A stretch of DNA of 64,000 nt from Candidatus Sulfotelmatobacter sp. (lineage in GTDB: Bacteria > Acidobacteriota > Terriglobia > Terriglobales > Acidobacteriaceae): the NCBI GenBank assembly GCA_049515395.1, contig JBEKUD010000006.1, positions 11,708 to 75,707 of the forward strand. Reading direction: 5' to 3'. Both the position numbers and the translations under genes were made by a program. Positions 58,818 through 64,000 of the stretch are shown in pieces (the first letter of the stretch is position 1; each line of letters opens with the position of its first letter). Under the pieces are notes generated by a model. It was not told the origin of the DNA. It did not search any database and saw nothing but the letters and a program-made list of their open reading frames with translations.

Positions 58818-60971
58818 ATGGCTCGCCTTTCACTGGAAAGTCCTCAGTTCTACCTTAATCGCGACACCTCATGGCTCGCCTTCAATGAACGGGTGCTCGA
58901 GGAAGCCGAAGACGCGGGTAATCCGCTTCTGGAACGGGTGAAATTTCTGGCGATCTCAGCCAGCAATCTCGATGAGTTCTTCGAAATTCGAGTGGCGGCC
59001 ATGGTGCAGCAGATCGAGGACGGCTACAACGAAGCCGGCCCCGACGGCTTGATGCTGACCGACAAGCGCGATCTTCTGGCAAAGCTCACGCATGAATTTG
59101 TTGACCAGCAATATGAATGTTGGAATTCGTTGCGGCCGGCTATGGCCGAGCACGGGATCCGTGTACTCGGCATGCACGAGTTGGATGCCGAGGCGCGGCG
59201 CTTCGTGGATGAATATTGCGAAAAGGAGCTGGATCCGCTGCTCACGCCAGTCACGGTAGATCCCACGCATCCGTTCCCCCGTGTGATCAATAAGGCGTTA
59301 TGCCTGGGACTGCTTCTGCGGCGGAGGCGGCGCTCAGCGCTTACCTATACAGGAGTGGTTTCTGTTCCTCGTGGATTGCCTCGATTGGTGAGGCTGCCCT
59401 CCGACAATACGACGGACTTTATTTTCCTTGCCGACCTGGTGGCACATCATGCGCAGAATATGTATCGCGGCTACGACATCGTGGCCTCGGCACCCTTTCG
59501 CGTGACTCGAAACAGCAATCTTTATCTGCAGGAGGAAGAAGCGCGGAACCTTTTGGAGTCGGTGCGCGCGGAGTTGCACAACCGCCGCAAAGGCGATGCG
59601 GTGCGCATGGAAATTGAGGCTGATGCGGATCCGGAGATGATCGAGCGCCTGCGAACAGTTTTTGAGCTGGACCCATGGCAGGTTTTTCCGGTGAATGGTC
59701 CGGTCAATCTTTCGCGGCTGTTCAATGTGTATGAGCAGACCGCAAGACCGGATCTGAAATACCGTCCGTTTGCGCCTCGCGAGTTAAGGCTGACGGCGAA
59801 ATCGCAAAATCTATTTGAAGAACTTCGGCGGCACGATGTGCTGCTGCATCATCCTTACGACTCGTATGATGCGGTCATTGCTTTTATCGAGTCGGCTGCG
59901 GAAGACGAGCACGTGCTTTCCATCAAGCAAACGCTCTACCGTACGAACGAGCACTCTTTGATTGTTCCCTTGCTCATCGATGCGGCGTCGCGCAAAGAGG
60001 TGACGGCGGTGGTGGAGTTGAAGGCACGGTTCGACGAAGCGCACAACATCCGCTGGGCCCGCGATCTGGAAGACGCGGGGGTGCAGGTGTTTCACGGACT
60101 GGTCGGGCTTAAAACTCACTGCAAGCTTTCGCTGCTGGTGCGGCGCGATCCGGATGGAGTGCGCAGCTACGCTCACATTGGAACCGGTAATTACAATGCC
60201 ACCACGGCGCGGATTTACACCGACCTGAGTTTATTCACGGCGAACCCGGAGATCACCCGGGCGGTGCATGACGTTTTCAGTTTTCTGACCGCGTATGCCG
60301 AGAACCCAAGCTACGAGCCGCTACTGGTGGCGCCTCTGGATTTGGCAGAGAAGACCATGGCGTTGATTGATCGTGAAGCAGAGCATGCACGGCGGGGCGG
60401 CGAGGGGCGAATCATCGCCAAGATGAATGCGCTGCTCGATAAGAATGTAATCCACGCCTTGTATCGAGCTTCTCAGGCGGGAGTCGAAATCGATTTGATT
60501 GTCAGAGGCATGTGTGCCTTGCGTCCCGGCGTGCGCGGGCTGAGCGACAGGATCAGAGTGCGGAGCATCGTGGGACGCTTTCTCGAGCATAGCCGAATTT
60601 ATTACTTTGGCAATGCCGGCGAGGAAGAAATTTACATCGGCAGTGCTGACTGGATGCCGCGCAATCTGTACGAGCGGGTGGAAGTGCTGGTGCCGCTGCG
60701 GGACGAGTTTCTGCGAGAGCGGGTACGCCGCGAAATCCTCGATGCTTATCTAGCAGATAACCGCAAGGCTCGCATCCTGCTGCGCGACGCGACTTATATT
60801 CGCGCGTGGCAGCCCTTGCAGGGCAGAAGGAATCGCAGACCGCCGACTGGTGCGGCGGCTTTCAGCGCGCAGGATTTTCTCATCAGCGTGGCGGAAGGGA
60901 AGCAGTTGGAGTCCGCTCCGCCGCCGGTTCCGGCCAGGAAGCGCCGGGCGCCAGCGGGAAGGGAACGATAA
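58818..60971 (+). CDS. ppk1: Polyphosphate kinase 1
   Basis: FYLNRDTSWLAFNERVLEEA, and two PLD-like HKD regions (HCKLSLLVRR, FLEHSRIYYF). Confidence 0.95.
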   Translation: MARLSLESPQFYLNRDTSWLAFNERVLEEAEDAGNPLLERVKFLAISASNLDEFFEIRVAAMVQQIEDGYNEAGPDGLMLTDKRDLLAKLTHEFVDQQYECWNSLRPAMAEHGIRVLGMHELDAEARRFVDEYCEKELDPLLTPVTVDPTHPFPRVINKALCLGLLLRRRRRSALTYTGVVSVPRGLPRLVRLPSDNTTDFIFLADLVAHHAQNMYRGYDIVASAPFRVTRNSNLYLQEEEARNLLESVRAELHNRRKGDAVRMEIEADADPEMIERLRTVFELDPWQVFPVNGPVNLSRLFNVYEQTARPDLKYRPFAPRELRLTAKSQNLFEELRRHDVLLHHPYDSYDAVIAFIESAAEDEHVLSIKQTLYRTNEHSLIVPLLIDAASRKEVTAVVELKARFDEAHNIRWARDLEDAGVQVFHGLVGLKTHCKLSLLVRRDPDGVRSYAHIGTGNYNATTARIYTDLSLFTANPEITRAVHDVFSFLTAYAENPSYEPLLVAPLDLAEKTMALIDREAEHARRGGEGRIIAKMNALLDKNVIHALYRASQAGVEIDLIVRGMCALRPGVRGLSDRIRVRSIVGRFLEHSRIYYFGNAGEEEIYIGSADWMPRNLYERVEVLVPLRDEFLRERVRREILDAYLADNRKARILLRDATYIRAWQPLQGRRNRRPPTGAAAFSAQDFLISVAEGKQLESAPPPVPARKRRAPAGRER

Positions 60972-60977
60972 TTCGCG

Positions 60978-61508
60978 ATGATTATTTATTTTCTGCGCCA
61001 TGCCAGTGCCGGGGAGCAGCTGATCAATCCGAAAAAGGACGAGAAGCGGGCGCTCGACAAGGAAGGCATCGAGCAGTGCGGATATGTGGGCCGCGCGTTG
61101 GCGGCCATCGAAGCCCAGGTGGACGTGATTCTCTCCAGTCCGCTGAAACGCGCGACGCAAACGGCGTCGCTCGTGGGAAACGAAATGGGTTACGAAGGCA
61201 AGCTGCAAATGGAGCCTGCACTGCGTCCCGGAGGCACATTCGCGGACTTTCGTCGCCTGCTGGAAAAGTATGCAAGCCAGGAATCGATCATGGTCGTCGG
61301 GCACAATCCAAATCTGAGTCAATTCCTGGGCACCGTGATCAGCGAGTCAGCATGCGAAGCGTCGGTTGAACTGAAGAAGGGAGCGGTGGCGCGGGTTGAC
61401 ATGCGCCGCAGCTCCGGCACGCTGCAGTGGTGTCTGACTCCGAAGGCCTTGCGCATCCTTTACACCGCCGCGGTGGAAAGCTCTCTTCCGAATACTTCCC
61501 GGAAATAA
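60978..61508 (+). CDS. sixA: Histidine-phosphatase superfamily protein, SixA-like
   Basis: IYFLRHASAG (RH motif), SSPLKRATQTA, VVGHNP. Confidence 0.8.
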   Translation: MIIYFLRHASAGEQLINPKKDEKRALDKEGIEQCGYVGRALAAIEAQVDVILSSPLKRATQTASLVGNEMGYEGKLQMEPALRPGGTFADFRRLLEKYASQESIMVVGHNPNLSQFLGTVISESACEASVELKKGAVARVDMRRSSGTLQWCLTPKALRILYTAAVESSLPNTSRK

Positions 61509-62989
61509 GCAGCGTCTTTCTCGATCGCCCATAATTCCAGATCCACCCCCATACGACGTCGGGGGATGAGGGTGAGGCGCACCTCGGCGCCCTGGTGGCT
61601 GACGCGCACCTTCTGGACGGCCCGGCTGCGGCCCAGGTTGAGTGCGCGAGCCAGCCGGAGCAGCATGATGGCTTTCTGCACACCAGGGCGGTCGGCGGGA
61701 TCGAGCACCTTGACGGGCGCTTCGTCCAGTGACGGACGTGACTTTCCCAGATAGCGCGCGATGGCGGCAATCAAGCGGCGTTGCTGGGGTGTGTAGCCGA
61801 GTATTTCCGAATTCGAAATAATGTAATAGGTGTGCCGATGATGGCCGTTGCGGTTGACGTAGTCTCCCACCTCGTAGAGCATCGCGGCCGCGGATAGCCA
61901 CTCCCGATATTCCGGAGTCAGACCGTGTACCGAGCGCAGCGCGGAGAACAAAAACATGGCGGACTCGCGTACATCGAGCGCGTGCTTCATGTCCACACCA
62001 TAGTGACTCACCGCTTTTGTGATCGACTCCCAGCGTTCCGATTCAATTTGTTTTCCAGAGCGCGTGCTGCGGTCATATTCGGCGGCCATCTGCGCCAGCA
62101 GGCCATCGCGCAATCCGAGTGGCGAATAGCGAAAACCTTTCAGATGGCAGCGATCCAGAAGCTCGTGGTAGACCATGGCTCCGGCAACTATGATTTCTGC
62201 GCGCCGAAGACCGATGCCTTCAATTTTTCTGCGCTCTTCCACGGGTAGCCGAGCCAGGCGTTTGGCGAGTCGAGTCATTTCCGCACGGGAGACGAGCATG
62301 CGCTGCCGAGTTCCGTTCTTGCGCAAATGGCTGGCCGCGGCCGCGAGTGCAGCGGCGGTTCCAGAGGTGGCGATTACATTTCGAACTCTCGCCGCCACCA
62401 CGCGAGCGGCGATGCGGTTGACCTCACGAGCGACGAATCCTTGCATTCGTTTCAGCTCGCCTTTGCGCGGCGGGTCGTGACGCAAAAATTCGTCGGTAAG
62501 ACGTACCGCGCCAAGAGGAAGGCTAACAGTTTCGCGGATATGGCCGCGGACAGAGACGGTTAGTTCGCAACTTCCACCGCCGAGGTCCATCATCAAAGTG
62601 GCCGAACTGTCGGCGCGAAGATTGGAGACGAGGCCAAGGTGAATCAGGCGGGCTTCTTCCAAGCCGGAAATAATTTCAACGGTCCATCCCGTGGCGGAAC
62701 GCACCCATTCGAGAAAAGCCTGGGAGTTGTGCGCGTCGCGCAGAGCGCTGGTGGCGACGACGCGTACTGGGTCGGTGACGATCTGTTGCGTGGCGCGGTG
62801 GAAGCGGCGCAACACCTTGACGGTTTCGGCCATGGACTCTGGAGTGAGGAAGCCAGAGCGGAACACCCCCTCCCCCAGACGAGTGACCTCGCGGTCTTCA
62901 TGAACGGGACGAAGATGGCCGCGCGTGAGACGCGCGATTTTTAAGCGGACTGAGTTGGAACCGATATCAACCGCGGCGAAGGTCGGCAT
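61460..62989 (-). CDS. ppx: Exopolyphosphatase / guanosine pentaphosphate phosphohydrolase (Ppx/GppA) with C-terminal HD-like domain
   Basis: AAVDIGSNSVRLKIA, DLGGGSCEL, SGLEEARL. Its 3' end overlaps the convergent sixA-like gene by 49 nt. Confidence 0.92.
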   Translation of the reverse strand: MPTFAAVDIGSNSVRLKIARLTRGHLRPVHEDREVTRLGEGVFRSGFLTPESMAETVKVLRRFHRATQQIVTDPVRVVATSALRDAHNSQAFLEWVRSATGWTVEIISGLEEARLIHLGLVSNLRADSSATLMMDLGGGSCELTVSVRGHIRETVSLPLGAVRLTDEFLRHDPPRKGELKRMQGFVAREVNRIAARVVAARVRNVIATSGTAAALAAAASHLRKNGTRQRMLVSRAEMTRLAKRLARLPVEERRKIEGIGLRRAEIIVAGAMVYHELLDRCHLKGFRYSPLGLRDGLLAQMAAEYDRSTRSGKQIESERWESITKAVSHYGVDMKHALDVRESAMFLFSALRSVHGLTPEYREWLSAAAMLYEVGDYVNRNGHHRHTYYIISNSEILGYTPQQRRLIAAIARYLGKSRPSLDEAPVKVLDPADRPGVQKAIMLLRLARALNLGRSRAVQKVRVSHQGAEVRLTLIPRRRMGVDLELWAIEKDAAYFREVFGRELSTAAV

Positions 62990-63396
62990 GACGAAGGATC
63001 ACAGTTTACATGCCGAAGCGCTGCGTAGTCATCCAAAGCAACCAGGAGCACCAGGAGCTAATTCGTTTACTCAAACCTTGATTGTTTAATTCCTGCCAAG
63101 GCCTGCAGGACGTTTGCAGGAACACCTCTTCCCGGTCGGGGAGAATTTCGAATTCCAGCGTGGCCGGATAGGCCGAACATGGCTGGCAGCGGCTTTGCTT
63201 ATTGAACGCCCGAAAGGCCATCGAATCCCGCACCTATTTTCCACAGTTTGCTTGGCAGAAAGCGAGGGCTTCGACGCCGGTATGAAGCGTGGTGCAGGTT
63301 TCTTGCGCAGTTGTGTGTAGCTAGGATTTCACAAGGAAGAAGCTGAGAGTCGGCTCGATGAATGCGGCACGATCCGGAAGGGCCGAGAGCCCCAAT

Positions 63397-64000
63397 TCAA
63401 ACCTTTTTCTTCTCTAGCTCTGCCCATCGCGCGTATAGCTCATCCACTTTGTCCTGGGCGTCTTCCATCTGTGCGTGGGCCGTTACGAGGCGTTGACTGT
63501 CGCTTACAATCGCGGGATCTTCCAGCTCTTCCCGCTTGCTTTGCAAAAAATGCTCGGCCTCCGCCACGCGCTGCTCAATCGTTTCATATTCCCGAGCTTC
63601 CAGATACGACAACTTCTTCTTAGCCGGTCCCTGGCGGTTTCCCTCATCCTTGGCGCCGCCGTGAGAACTCGCCGTGATACCGGTTGCCGCCGTCCGCGCC
63701 CTTCTCTGATGTTCGTCCAGCCAGACCTCCCATTGCGAATAATCCGCGAAGAGCCCCACTCCGCCCTGTCCATCGAGTCCAAGAACAACGGTGGATACAC
63801 GATCAAGCATGTAGCGATCGTGCGTTACCAGAACCAAAGATCCAGGAAACTCCAGCAGGCTTTCTTCGAGAATATCCAGGGTCGGGATGTCGAGATCGTT
63901 CGTGGGTTCGTCCAGCAGAAGAACGTCAGCGGGCTGCAGCATGAGCTGGGCGATCAGAACGCGGGCTCGTTCGCCGCCTGAAAGTTTTCCCACCGGCTGA
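63397..64000 (-). CDS. ABC-F family ATPase (Uup/EttA-like), C-terminal part only; the N-terminus lies beyond the window
   Basis: The frame is open to the window edge (..QPVGKLSGGERARVLIAQLMLQPADVLLLDEPTNDLD is the signature and Walker B of the second NBD). C-terminal coiled-coil tail. Confidence 0.85.
   Translation of the reverse strand, partial: QPVGKLSGGERARVLIAQLMLQPADVLLLDEPTNDLDIPTLDILEESLLEFPGSLVLVTHDRYMLDRVSTVVLGLDGQGGVGLFADYSQWEVWLDEHQRRARTAATGITASSHGGAKDEGNRQGPAKKKLSYLEAREYETIEQRVAEAEHFLQSKREELEDPAIVSDSQRLVTAHAQMEDAQDKVDELYARWAELEKKKV

Noticed and set aside
63006-63233. 75-aa minus-strand ORF (MAFRAFNKQSRCQPCS...) and 68-aa plus-strand ORF (63114-63320) in the 400-nt gap between ppx and the ABC-F gene.
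   Set aside because: Both lack a clear RBS, and they overlap each other in antisense. Codon bias decays in the second half of the minus-strand ORF, and I recognised no family. The call is undecidable without expression or conservation data, so I did not list them as features.

Overview
A 64-kb, moderately GC-rich and gene-dense chromosomal window. I saw no rRNA, tRNA, CRISPR array, transposase or integrase. The gene content suggests an Acidobacteriota-type genome, but that is inference: CarboxypepD_reg-type TonB-dependent receptor, several DUF2029/GT87 membrane glycosyltransferases, long Pro-rich TonB_C proteins.

Layout:
- 1-5318: 5'-truncated giant surface protein with DUF11 repeats and a C25 peptidase domain.
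- 5330-6358: DAHP synthase.
- 6691-6855: unannotated 54-aa Flp pilin.
- 6973-20433: 12-gene nuo operon (nuoA-C-D-E-F-G-H-J-K-L-M-N) with no room for nuoB or nuoI.
- 20647-23592: small genes (hypothetical protein, ThiS-like, MerR, zinc-ribbon protein) and ribBA.
- 23880-26084: 734-aa radical-SAM enzyme with Tes/GDGT-MAS-like architecture.
- 26085-27428: 1.3-kb hairpin-dense non-coding gap.
- 27429-34011: TonB-dependent receptor, lytic transglycosylase, HAD hydrolase, TPR membrane protein.
- 34134-44636: tad/cpa pilus operon (flp-cpaB-cpaC-cpaE-cpaF-tadB-tadC), followed by a DUF192 gene and an 847-aa Pro-rich TonB_C protein.
- 45174-50143: four DUF2029/GT87-like membrane proteins in alternating orientation.
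- 50200-55389: FHA-GAF-PP2C phosphatase, GH15 glucoamylase, and a multiply frameshifted pseudogene.
- 55622-62989: phosphate/polyphosphate island (pstS, porin, ppk1, sixA-like, ppx).
- 63397-64000: 5'-truncated ABC-F ATPase.

The most interesting items are the Tes-like radical-SAM gene, the non-coding gap beside it, the nuoB/nuoI-less nuo operon, the hidden second flp gene, the unusual 3' end of the tad operon, and the GT87 paralogue block. All family calls come from motif recognition by eye; no searches were run.
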